Part shown: positions 37,179 to 47,876 of the stretch, one piece after another
Layout of the letters: each line of letters opens with the position of its first letter
Position numbering within the stretch: the stretch's first letter is position 1
From: Candidatus Spongiihabitans sp.
Lineage (GTDB): Bacteria > Pseudomonadota > Gammaproteobacteria > Arenicellales > Poriferihabitantaceae
DNA: 64,000 nucleotides
Assembly: GCA_965261425.1 (NCBI GenBank)
Contig: OZ253452.1
Span: 673,160-737,159 of the forward strand
Direction: 5' to 3'
Notes under the pieces: model-generated
What the model was told of the DNA's origin: nothing
The model's database searches: none
What the model saw: only the letters and a program-made list of their open reading frames with translations
Position numbers and translations under genes: made by a program

Positions 37179-38174
37179 TTAGACATCCATGTTCTGCAAA
37201 TACTTAAAGACCGTAGCACTAATTTGTGCAACATCGCCCTCCGCAAGAGAGATAGTGCCAGCGCGTGCGTTCTCAATGGCTTGAGCGAGATTTCTCGCTC
37301 CGCATAGCGCAAAAGTAATACCTGGTTGCTGTAGCGTCCAAGCGATTACCAATTGAACCGTCGTTATCCTGTAATCATTTGAAATCGGCTTGATTTCTTC
37401 AAATAGAGAGGAAATCTTCTCGCGGTTGGAAATACTGAAACGAGGATGATCTTTGCGCTGATCATCGCCATCGAACTGGCGGTCAGGACCAATCTTTCCA
37501 GACAATAAACCGAGTGCAAGAGAAGAGTAGCTTAAAATAGATACATTGTTGGATTGGCAAATAGGCAGGAGTTCCGCCTCTACCCCACGATCTAACATTG
37601 AATAACACTCTTGAATAGCATCAACGGTGCCTGTGGCAAGGTAGGCATTTAGGTCATCGGTTGTAATGTTACTAATACCAACGGACCTGATTTTGCCCTG
37701 TTCTTTAAGGATCTCCATCGCCTCCAGTGTTTCAGAGACAGGGGTCGTTGAATCTTGCCAGTGCGTAATGTAGTGATCGATATAATCCGTACCCAACCGC
37801 TTCAGGCTCTGCTCAACTTCATAAATAATTGATTCTTTGCCAAGGAAACGATGAATCGGTTTATCCTCTTGATCAAAAAAGTAGCTGCCGCTATTCGTGT
37901 GCCAAACCAGACCACATTTAGTTGCCAAAACAACCTTGTCACGGCGACCTTTAAGGGCGCGACCAACGAGTTCCTCGGATTTCCCCATCCCGTAAGCTGG
38001 CGCAGTATCGATTAAGGTAATTCCTTCCGCAATGGCCGCTTGGACGGCATTTACGGATTGATCTTCATCCGTGCCGCCCCACATCCAGCCACCCATAGCC
38101 CAAGTACCCAAACCAACAGCTGTAGCTTTGATACCAGACTTGCCAATTTCTCTCGTGATTACTGAACCAGTCAT
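37179..38174 (-). CDS. aldo/keto reductase
   Basis: The start is set at MTGSVITREIGKSG… (ATG at 38174, with AAAGG 10 nt upstream). GLGTWAMGG, IDTAPAYG and the DHYITHW motif. Confidence 0.85.
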   Translation of the reverse strand: MTGSVITREIGKSGIKATAVGLGTWAMGGWMWGGTDEDQSVNAVQAAIAEGITLIDTAPAYGMGKSEELVGRALKGRRDKVVLATKCGLVWHTNSGSYFFDQEDKPIHRFLGKESIIYEVEQSLKRLGTDYIDHYITHWQDSTTPVSETLEAMEILKEQGKIRSVGISNITTDDLNAYLATGTVDAIQECYSMLDRGVEAELLPICQSNNVSILSYSSLALGLLSGKIGPDRQFDGDDQRKDHPRFSISNREKISSLFEEIKPISNDYRITTVQLVIAWTLQQPGITFALCGARNLAQAIENARAGTISLAEGDVAQISATVFKYLQNMDV

Positions 38175-38202
38175 AATAATGTTACCTTTATAAGGTTGCC
38201 TT

Positions 38203-39168
38203 TCAAATACTCTCAAGGACGCCGAGGGCTGTTGCTTCATCAACGACCAGGGCTTTCACATGTTTTCCACGCAATATTGAACAAATAGGCGCGACTTTAT
38301 TTTCACCACTCGCGATGCCAATTGTCAGTGGTACCCTTGCTAATTCTTCAGGTCTTAAAGCCACCAACTTTGAATTCAGGGAATAGCTGCACAGACCACC
38401 CTTTTCATCGAGAAGATGAGCCAGGAGTTCACCAGAAGCACCTGCTTTTCGAATATCGTCCTGATCATCCTTGGGCATCGGATGCAGGTCGTAATAACTT
38501 GAATCCGCTGATAAGATTGAACCCACGCCAAAAACAGCGATATTCGCATTACGTGCACGATCCAAGATTTCTTCAACAGAACGCATCGTCATCAGCATGT
38601 CTTTTTGCTCATCACTTTCTGCAAACAAAGGGGCATGAATTTGATAGGCACGACCGCCAAGCTTTTCTGCCATCTGCGTCGCTACGTGATTGACATCAGT
38701 ATAATGTTTACCTTGCACGCATCCCGTCGCGGGGACGACTTCAACATCATAAGTACGTTCAGGATTGAGACCTTCAACAATCGCACTGACACCCTTGCCA
38801 CCTGTAATACAGATCGTGTCGCCATCTTTCAGATTTTCCAGCAACATGTTTGCCCCGGCCTCACCGACCGTTTGCAACACTACATCCGGGTTATCTGAAA
38901 GCGTGGGCGTCACCATTGCTTCTTGGATGCCACCAATTTTTTTAAGACTTGCTTCTACATCCAAAAGAGGCTGAAACGGCGACTTGATGATTATCTCGAC
39001 CATTCCTCTATCGCGGCCTTGTTTAATCAAACGATTGACCTTGGCAGTCGACAGGCCCATCGCCTGAGCAATATCTGACTGTTTCAAACCTTCGAGATAA
39101 TACATGACCAAAACACGATAAATTTGGCGGGCAGTCTCATAGCCCTGGATGTCATTCCCTAACGCCAT
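38203..39168 (-). CDS. SorC/DeoR(Bsu)/LsrR/EryD-type sugar-phosphate-binding transcriptional regulator
   Basis: N-terminal HTH (LKQSDIAQAMGLSTAKVNRLIKQGRDRGMVEI) followed by a sugar-binding domain; 321 aa. Confidence 0.85.
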   Translation of the reverse strand: MALGNDIQGYETARQIYRVLVMYYLEGLKQSDIAQAMGLSTAKVNRLIKQGRDRGMVEIIIKSPFQPLLDVEASLKKIGGIQEAMVTPTLSDNPDVVLQTVGEAGANMLLENLKDGDTICITGGKGVSAIVEGLNPERTYDVEVVPATGCVQGKHYTDVNHVATQMAEKLGGRAYQIHAPLFAESDEQKDMLMTMRSVEEILDRARNANIAVFGVGSILSADSSYYDLHPMPKDDQDDIRKAGASGELLAHLLDEKGGLCSYSLNSKLVALRPEELARVPLTIGIASGENKVAPICSILRGKHVKALVVDEATALGVLESI

Positions 39169-39199
39169 TTATAGTACCCCATCGACATCTTAATTTTAC

Positions 39200-40213
39200 T
39201 CATCCTGCTTTTTTCTTGTTCATATAGTGGTCAAAAATAATGGCAGCCAATAGGATCCCTCCCCTGATGATGTCCTGCCAGTAAACAGATACATCCAAAA
39301 GAGCCAGCGAACTGGTTACAACTGACAATAATACTGTTCCTAAAATCGCCCCAAAGATGGTCCCTGAACCACCCTTTAAACTTGCCCCACCAATCACGAC
39401 TGCAGCAATAACATTCAGTTCCATGCCAAGCCCAAAATATGGCGGGGCAGACGCAAAACGTGCCATAAAAATTATTCCGGCCACACCGCACAAAGTGGAA
39501 CAAAGTACCGTTGAGAGAAAAATCACCTTCTTGGTGCGGATACCCGCATAGGTAGCAGCCTTCTCATTACTTCCTGTGTAAAAAACTTTGCGAAACGCCG
39601 TGGAATTCCGAACTAAATAGTCAAAGACAAAAACAACGACGAGAAAGATAACGATTACAATAGGGATTGCACCAATTGATCCCTGACCAATAAACTTGAA
39701 TTCTGCGGGTAAGGCGTATAATCCAAACGGACGCCCCTGTGTTATAAGAAGGGCGACCCCACGGATGATAACCATAAATGCCAGAGAAACGATAAAGTGA
39801 TGCAATCCAATTTTTGTCACACAATAGCCCATTGCCACACCGACCAGTGAAGTGGCTAAAATCGCTATTACAGAAGCTACCCAAGGGTCAACACCGTTCA
39901 GAAATAACCAGCCTGCAACTACCATAGCGAGGGTCACGACAGAGCCAACAGACAAATCAATGCCGCCAGCTATCATCAATACACACATCCCAACCACGAC
40001 GATGCCTTCAACCGCAAATGCCATCCCCATCGCCCGCATGTTTAACCAGGTCAAAAAATAAGGTGATGTGAAAGACATCACGACAAACAGTATGACGATA
40101 ATAACAATCAACCCTGTTTCTCGCATGGCTGCCACACGGCGTAGCCTATCGATTAACCCGTTTTTCTGCGGCATTTCATTGTCAGTGCCCGTGAATGTAT
40201 CTGAACGGCTCAT
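39200..40213 (-). CDS. sugar ABC transporter permease (RbsC/AraH type)
   Basis: 337-aa polytopic ORF with the typical GGIDLSVGS motif. Confidence 0.88.
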   Translation of the reverse strand: MSRSDTFTGTDNEMPQKNGLIDRLRRVAAMRETGLIVIIVILFVVMSFTSPYFLTWLNMRAMGMAFAVEGIVVVGMCVLMIAGGIDLSVGSVVTLAMVVAGWLFLNGVDPWVASVIAILATSLVGVAMGYCVTKIGLHHFIVSLAFMVIIRGVALLITQGRPFGLYALPAEFKFIGQGSIGAIPIVIVIFLVVVFVFDYLVRNSTAFRKVFYTGSNEKAATYAGIRTKKVIFLSTVLCSTLCGVAGIIFMARFASAPPYFGLGMELNVIAAVVIGGASLKGGSGTIFGAILGTVLLSVVTSSLALLDVSVYWQDIIRGGILLAAIIFDHYMNKKKAG

Positions 40214-40223
40214 GCGCGCTTCC

Positions 40224-41753
<1,530 letters not shown>

Positions 41754-41892
41754 CGCCCTGCTTCACACTTTGAGATTTTTGAGGTTAAAGTTTGAATGAT
41801 TTTTTTTGGAGTGCCGTCCGTCGGGGAGAGAATTCATGGGAGATATCCCTCCTCGACGATACAGCATGTCCAAAGATAGATTTACGTTAGTC

Positions 41893-42897
41893 TCAACGAT
41901 CTTTCATATAAGCACCGAGATCAAAATCATCGGCATTATTTTTGGTAACGACAGCGAATCCGTTATCAATAAAAGGAACACCCATTGGGTTAAATCCTGT
42001 CCGTTTATAGTCATTGAACGGATCAATCAAGTTTGGGTGAGCCGCCATGAACGTTGCTATAAATCCCATATAACCCTGCATACCCTGGTTCGGGCTCAAA
42101 GCTTGATGAATGTTACCTGCTTTGATGTGTTCGCGGGTCACTGGACTGATATCGGCGTGCATAATGATAACTTTTGCCTTGGCTTCCAAAACTGCCTGAA
42201 CAGCACCCTCCGCTGAGCCAGCTTCTGGGATCCATAAAGCCCCGAGATCTGGGTTTGCCTGTAGCATGGAAGAAACCGCCGTATAGGCTTTAGATGCATC
42301 CTGGTTTGTCGCCTGACGACCGACTAACTCCATGTCAGGGTAGTTTTCCTCCATGTAGGCAATGAACGCAGTTACACGAAGATCATGATTGCTCTGACCT
42401 GGATTTTCCAAAACACCGAACTTGCCTTTCTCACCCATAATTTTGGCGATTTCATCCGCAGCATACTTAGCCTCAGCCAGATTGTCGGATGTAATATAGG
42501 AAACACGATTTGATTTTGGTGAATCCGCAGCAAAAGTAACAATGGTCGTGCCATTTTCAATTGAACGATTGATGGGCTCAATAAAGGGATCGGCGTTCAT
42601 TGGGTGTAGCAAAATACCGGCAGGTTTTTTAGCCAGATCCTGTTCGAAAGAAGCTATCTGCTTAGTAATGTCATATTCAGGTGTGCCTGAAAATTTTACC
42701 TCGCACCCCATGGCGGTCGCCGCTTGTTTAAAGCCTTCAAACACAGGAACCCAATAAGGATGGCCTGAAACCATCACGTTCATAATGTATGTCTCGCCCG
42801 GTGTGCAGACAAATTTACTGTCCGCCAAACTAGCTGTACTTGTTAATCCGGTCGAAAGAAACATGGCCATTACGGCCGTTATCAATAGTTTTTTCAT
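41893..42897 (-). CDS. periplasmic sugar-binding protein (type I PBP, RbsB/LsrB-like)
   Basis: Signal peptide MKKLLITAVMAMFLSTGLTSTASLA (start moved to 42897); about 334 aa; first gene of the transporter operon. Confidence 0.85.
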   Translation of the reverse strand: MKKLLITAVMAMFLSTGLTSTASLADSKFVCTPGETYIMNVMVSGHPYWVPVFEGFKQAATAMGCEVKFSGTPEYDITKQIASFEQDLAKKPAGILLHPMNADPFIEPINRSIENGTTIVTFAADSPKSNRVSYITSDNLAEAKYAADEIAKIMGEKGKFGVLENPGQSNHDLRVTAFIAYMEENYPDMELVGRQATNQDASKAYTAVSSMLQANPDLGALWIPEAGSAEGAVQAVLEAKAKVIIMHADISPVTREHIKAGNIHQALSPNQGMQGYMGFIATFMAAHPNLIDPFNDYKRTGFNPMGVPFIDNGFAVVTKNNADDFDLGAYMKDR

Positions 42898-43605
42898 TAC
42901 GCACTCCAATTGTTTAGGTTAAATTATATTTCACTTGATGATATTTATTTCACAAGCGGATTGTAGTTTAGGAGGCAAGTTGAGTCAAGCCCTTTTTCAA
43001 GAATGTTAGCCCAAAGCAGTAATGTCCCCTTTTGACTTCTTCAGGAGCGGTGCGGCGGGCTCACCGAGCGAGGGTTATGACAGAGGAGATAATTACATTG
43101 AGCCATGCAGATGAGCTGGGCAGAACTTGACCGAGTATCGGTTATTCATTCCATTATCGGGTGCCGGCGAGACCAGCACAGGCGGCGCGGCAACTACACT
43201 TAGGTCTCCGGCAGGTAAAACGCTTAACCCACGCTTATCGAGACTGTGGTGCGGCTGGACTTGCCTCCAAGCGGCGTGGGTGCCCGGCAACGCCATTGGT
43301 GATGAGTTGCGCCAACAGGCACTCGCCATCATCAAGACGCACTATGGTGATTTTGGGCCGACTTTCGCGCACGAGAAGCTCACCGAACTGCATGAGTGCC
43401 ATTTCTCGGTGGAGACATTACGAAAGTGGATGATTAAAGATGGGTTGTGGTTGGGGAAACAGCGTAAAAGAGTAGCCATCCACCAAAGCCGGTCTCGGCT
43501 GGGCGAGCTGGTACAGATTGATGGATCACCGCATGATTGGTTTGAGGGGCGCGCACCTAATTGCACTTTAATTGTCTTTATCGATGATGCGACCAGTCGG
43601 CTATA

Positions 43606-43748
43606 TGTACAGGATGTACGGGCAGATAGCTGCTCCTGCATTATCTGCACTTCCGTCTTCCATGACGGTCGTATGCCGGTTTTGCATCGCTACATGGATG
43701 TAACTTAGTAGGGCAATGCAGGAGCAATTGCCGAGAAGCAAAAACCGG
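43606..43748 (+). mobile_element. Hairpin-module miniature element, 143-nt form (core plus diverged modules B and C) inside the transposase ORF
   Basis: It has the same module order as 29635-29779. Removing exactly 43606-43748 rejoins …DDATSRLY|LALHFAPTETT… in frame. Confidence 0.85.
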
Positions 43749-44112
43749 CCTGGCTTTGCATTTTGCGCCCACAGAGACCACTCAATCGTATATGGAAACC
43801 CTCCATCAGAAACTTGAACAGCATGGCCGCACAGTCGCTATTTACAGCGATAAGCACAGTATCTTTCGGGTCAATCATCCCCAAAATAAAGAAATAGCAC
43901 GAGGGCGAATTAACCCAATTTACCCGCGCACTCAAAACCCTAGATATTGAGCCTATTCACACCAATACCACGCAGGACAAAGGGCGGGTAGAACGTGCCA
44001 ATAAAACGCTGCAAGACCGACCGGTTGTCGATCCGCGCTTACAGGGTATCAACTCTATTGAGCAAGCAGATGCCTTTTTGCCACAGTTTATTGACGACTA
44101 CAACCAGCGTTT

Positions 44113-44129
44113 TACCCGCAGGGCACAAG
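44113..44129 (-). repeat. 17-nt cassette (TACCCGCAGGGCACAAG, the reverse complement of CTTGTGCCCTGCGGGTA) inserted in the ISNCY-like ORF
   Basis: The upstream frame (…FIDDYNQRF) and the downstream frame (AVTAQHTDNAHRALL…) differ by exactly this 17-nt block. Confidence 0.8.
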
Positions 44130-44281
44130 TGCCGTTACCGCGCAACACACCGACAATGCACATCGTGCGCTATTGCACAGCGTCGAGGAGCTTAAACTGA
44201 TCCTCTGCCGGCACCATCAGCGTAAACTGTCTAAGAATTTAACCTTATCATTTTGTAACACCGAATATCAGCTGACTGGCT

Positions 44282-44298
44282 CTTGTGCCCTGCGGGTA
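44282..44298 (+). repeat. 17-nt cassette CTTGTGCCCTGCGGGTA inserted in the ISNCY-like ORF (opposite orientation to 44113)
   Basis: After …NTEYQLTG the frame breaks. Removing the block gives …LTG-YGKGYRLMR…. A separate 1-nt indel near 44325 then leads into ATITLCEDG…. Confidence 0.7.
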
Positions 44299-44733
44299 AC
44301 GGCAAGGGCTATCGTCTGATGAGGAGCGACCATCACGCTCTGCGAAGACGGTGCTACGGGTTTGGTTACATTGCTATACAAAGGCAAGGCATTGACTTAT
44401 CGAACGCTCCAAAAGGGAAAGGCCGCCGTTGTGATTGCCGATGATAAGACCGTTCATAACCACGTTGAGCCAAGCACTTCACCGACAACAAAAATTCACT
44501 TAGAAACCCGCACCAGATCATCCATGGCGGAGACCATTAACCCGTTATTCAACCAATACTGCCCCATAATGAATATAAAAAGGGGACATTACTGCTTTGG
44601 GTTGACACTATTTTGAAGTTGAAAATTACGACCCTTGTTTATGGTAAATCTGTTTTATTCTCCGTGTCCTCTGTGCCCTCGGTGTCGCATCTTTTAGAAA
44701 ATCTTGTTCATCCTGTTCATCCATGTAAATAGT

Positions 44734-44782
44734 GGAAAACCCTTGCGGGTTTGTTTGTTTTACTGGATTCCTGCTCCCCGCC
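44734..44782. repeat. Mosaic repeat module (GGAAAACCCTTGCGGGTTTG…TTTTACTGGATTCCTGC)
   Basis: The module is shared with 29391, 63175 and, in reverse, 15100 and 59055. Confidence 0.8.
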
Positions 44783-44808
44783 TATGCTTATAATCCATAT
44801 CATGTAAT

Positions 44809-45720
44809 CTAGGTCATGCCCGCTTGTGCCATGACCTCGGTCACAAAATCATCACTGCGTTTTTCAAGACCTTCGCCGACTTCAAAGCGCACCATCTCGG
44901 TTATGGTTGCGCCGGACTGTTTGAGCAAGTCGCCAACGGTTTGGTCTGGATTTTTGACGAAAGGTTGTCCAAGTAGCGTGTTTTCTTTCAAGAATTTCTT
45001 GATTTGACCCGCTACTATTTTCTCGATAATGTCCGCTGGTTTGCCACTTTCTTGTGCTTGGGCAATAAAAATTTCTTTTTCTTTGGTTAGAATATCCGGC
45101 TCCACGTCCTGTTCAGAAATACACAAAGGTTTGCTGGCAGCGATGTGCATGGCAATATCACGTCCTAATTCTTTCAACTTGTCCGGTGCGGTGCCTTTTA
45201 ATTTTGCCAGCACACCGATTCGAGAGCCATGTAAATAGCAACCAATAATGCCATCGTGTTCACCCTCGCTCGGGCTGGTCTCAAGGCGGGCAATCCGTCT
45301 GACACTGATATTTTCGCCGATTTTAGTAATCAATTCTTGTCGTGCTGTTTCGACAGAATGACCGTTTTCGAGGGTCATTGTAGCGAGCGCGTCAGGGTCG
45401 GTGCTGGCAGAGGCATTGTCTAACGCCGCCTGTGCAACACTTTGTGCAAATTGCACAAAAGACGCATCTTTGGCGACAAAATCGGTTTCACTATTGATCT
45501 CTGCCAATACGCATGTCGATTGATTCTGCGCCGCAATAATCACGCCCTCAGCGGCAATGCGACCAGCTTTTTTCTGTGCCGTAGCCGCGCCTTTTTTACG
45601 CAAATTTTCGATAGCCAAATCCAAGTTGCCATCGGCTTCGGTCAGGGCTTTTTTGCAATCCATCATGCCCGTGCCGGTGCGTTCACGAAGCTCTTTAATC
45701 ATTGCGGTTGTAATGGTCAT
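44809..45720 (-). CDS. tsf: translation elongation factor Ts
   Basis: ITTAMIKELRERTGTGMMDCKKALTEADGNLDLAIENLRKKG is the canonical UBA-like N-terminus; 303 aa; downstream of rpsB. Confidence 0.97.
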   Translation of the reverse strand: MTITTAMIKELRERTGTGMMDCKKALTEADGNLDLAIENLRKKGAATAQKKAGRIAAEGVIIAAQNQSTCVLAEINSETDFVAKDASFVQFAQSVAQAALDNASASTDPDALATMTLENGHSVETARQELITKIGENISVRRIARLETSPSEGEHDGIIGCYLHGSRIGVLAKLKGTAPDKLKELGRDIAMHIAASKPLCISEQDVEPDILTKEKEIFIAQAQESGKPADIIEKIVAGQIKKFLKENTLLGQPFVKNPDQTVGDLLKQSGATITEMVRFEVGEGLEKRSDDFVTEVMAQAGMT

Positions 45721-45962
45721 TTTTTTATGTTCATGGTAATGTGGTTAGTAGATGTTTTTGCACAAACCACTTTCGATGCCTTCATTTGATGTTTTGAATG
45801 CTGCAAAAGTCTCAAAATGTTCATTTTGTGGACGTGACCCGCAATCCAATCGTTAGGATGCGGGGGGAGATTACGAATCTTTTAGGTCGCGACAGTCCAC
45901 ATGCCACGTTTTTCTTCCCCCGATGATCATTCGTTGTTTACGAACTCTCAATGAATTTGTGA

Positions 45963-46862
45963 TTAAGACGTTTTCGTGGTTATTTTCTTTTTAGCCACAC
46001 GTTTTTTAACCACTTTTGGAGTGGGCTTTTCTACTGCGTCAGGCGTTGCACCCGCGCTGGATGTGTCGGTAGCAGGCTCTATCGCGATTTTTGCGGTATC
46101 GGTATCGGGCGCAACCGGACTCAATTCATCAACCTCAATGTATTCATCGCCGTTCGCCATGATTTCGATATTTTGCGCCGTGCGGGCTTCAATAATCGCA
46201 TCCGCCGCCGCTTGCAAATACAATATAATTGCGTTGGATGAGTCATCGTTTCCGGGGATGACATAGTCCACACCTTTCATCGAGCAGTTGGTATCAACCA
46301 CTGCCACCACCGGAATCCCCAGTTTATTGGCTTCAGCCACAGCAATAGATTCATGTTCAACATCAATCACAAACAAAGCGTCCGGCAAGCCGTTCATATC
46401 CTTTATGCCAGCCAGTGTTCGGTCTAGTTTGGTGCGTTCCCTCTCAAGCGACAGGGCTTCTTTTTTGCTCAATCGCAGGGTCGCGCCTGAGTCGATACGC
46501 TGCTCCAGTTCTTTGAGGCGAACAATCGAGTTCTTTACGGTCTTGAAGTTGGTCAACATGCCACCTAGCCAGCGATGATCCACATAAGGCGTGGAACAAC
46601 GTTGGGCTTGCTCTTTGACCGCTTTTCCTGCCGAGCGTTTCGTGCCGACAAAAAGCACCTTGCCACGTTGGGCGACAATGGAACCGATGTAGTTCACTGC
46701 CTCATTGAGCATCGGCAACGTTTTATCAAGATTGATGATATGAATTTTGTTGCGAGCACCAAAAATATAGGGAGCCATCGAAGGCGACCAGTAACGGGTC
46801 TGATGCCCGAAGTGTACGCCGGCTTTGAGTAGCTGGCGCATGGTAATTGTTGTCATATTCAA
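45963..46862 (-). CDS. rpsB: 30S ribosomal protein S2 (with a ~50-aa acidic/lysine-rich C-terminal extension)
   Basis: [40 protein letters not shown]. At 299 aa it is longer than the usual ~240-250 aa. Confidence 0.97.
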   Translation of the reverse strand: MNMTTITMRQLLKAGVHFGHQTRYWSPSMAPYIFGARNKIHIINLDKTLPMLNEAVNYIGSIVAQRGKVLFVGTKRSAGKAVKEQAQRCSTPYVDHRWLGGMLTNFKTVKNSIVRLKELEQRIDSGATLRLSKKEALSLERERTKLDRTLAGIKDMNGLPDALFVIDVEHESIAVAEANKLGIPVVAVVDTNCSMKGVDYVIPGNDDSSNAIILYLQAAADAIIEARTAQNIEIMANGDEYIEVDELSPVAPDTDTAKIAIEPATDTSSAGATPDAVEKPTPKVVKKRVAKKKITTKTS

Positions 46863-47102
46863 ATATTATAGTGTTGTGGGTTAAGCCTCCACGGTTACTG
46901 CTCTGCAACCGACAAATTACAGTAATCATGTGATTACGTTATTGTCAGCACCCGCAAGAGCATAATTGCCGTGTGCGAATTAATATCCAATACGCTATAC
47001 TCGCATATCGGCTAGGGGGTGGATTCTACCTAAAAACAATTGAATAAAAAAGTATATTTTGGGAGCAATAACGCTCTTTTTTGACAATATTGATGATAAA
47101 AA

Positions 47103-47876
47103 ATGCCTGTAACCATTAAAAACACAGAAGAAATTAAGAAAATGCGCGTTGCTGGGCGGCTTGCTGCTCAGGTGCTGGACATGATTGAAGCTGAAGTCAA
47201 GGCGGGGGTGTCCACCGACCAGCTCAATACCATCTGCCATGACTTTATTGTCAATCAGCAGAAAGCCATCCCGGCGCCACTGAATTACCGCGGCTTCCCA
47301 AAATCGATTTGCACCTCAGTCAATCATGTTATTTGTCATGGCATTCCGTCAGACAAAGTATTGAAAAATGGTGATATTATCAATATTGATGTGACCGTCA
47401 TCAAGGATGAGTTTCATGGCGACACCAGCCGGATGTTTTATGTTGGCGAGCCTTCTATTCGAGCGAAACGGTTGAGTGAAATCAGTTTTGAATGTATGCA
47501 CAAGGGTATTGAGTTGGTCAAACCCGGAGCGCGACTTGGTGATATTGGGCATGTAATTCAGTGTCATGCCGAAAGCAATGGTTTCTCGGTGGTGCGCGAA
47601 TACTGTGGGCATGGGATTGGTCGGGTGTTCCACGAAGACCCGCAAGTTTTACACTACGGAATTCCAGCAACAGGTATGGCACTAAAATCAGGCATGACAC
47701 TGACTATCGAGCCGATGCTCAATGCTGGAAAGAAAGAAACCCGATTGCTCAACGATAACTGGACGGTTGTGACCAGAGACCGTAGCCTCTCGGCACAATG
47801 GGAACATACCATTTTGGTGACCGATAACGGTCACGAAATTCTCACCCTTTCCGATACCACCCCCGATACCAGATGA
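47103..47876 (+). CDS. map: type I methionyl aminopeptidase
   Basis: Metal-ligand contexts (…DIINIDVTV…, GHGIG, …TIEPM…, …EHTILVT…); 257 aa. Confidence 0.96.
   Translation: MPVTIKNTEEIKKMRVAGRLAAQVLDMIEAEVKAGVSTDQLNTICHDFIVNQQKAIPAPLNYRGFPKSICTSVNHVICHGIPSDKVLKNGDIINIDVTVIKDEFHGDTSRMFYVGEPSIRAKRLSEISFECMHKGIELVKPGARLGDIGHVIQCHAESNGFSVVREYCGHGIGRVFHEDPQVLHYGIPATGMALKSGMTLTIEPMLNAGKKETRLLNDNWTVVTRDRSLSAQWEHTILVTDNGHEILTLSDTTPDTR

Larger units (their letters stand above)
42997..44616 (+). mobile_element. Decayed ISNCY-like (IS1202/ISPlu15-type) insertion sequence
   Basis: Terminal inverted repeats with a perfect 24-bp core (43010-43033, CCCAAAGCAGTAATGTCCCCTTTT, against 44578-44601) and weaker matches extending outward. 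They enclose a multiply broken DDE transposase gene. Confidence 0.8.
43105..44616 (+). pseudogene. ISNCY-like DDE transposase pseudogene
   Basis: The sensible reading hops frames: MQMSWAELDRVSVIHSIIG / RPAQAARQLHLGLRQVKRL…SKRRG / PGNAIGDELRQQAL…GELVQIDGSPHDWFEGRAPNCTLIVFIDDATSRL / [143-nt insert] / …HFAPTETTQSYMETL…YSDKHSIF… / …KGRVERANKTLQDR…FIDDYNQRF / [17 nt] / AVTAQHTDNAHRALL…RKLSKNLTL…YQLTG / [17 nt] / …GKGYRLMR / ATITLCEDG…LLYKGKALTY. The family assignment is from memory of this motif set. Confidence 0.8.
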
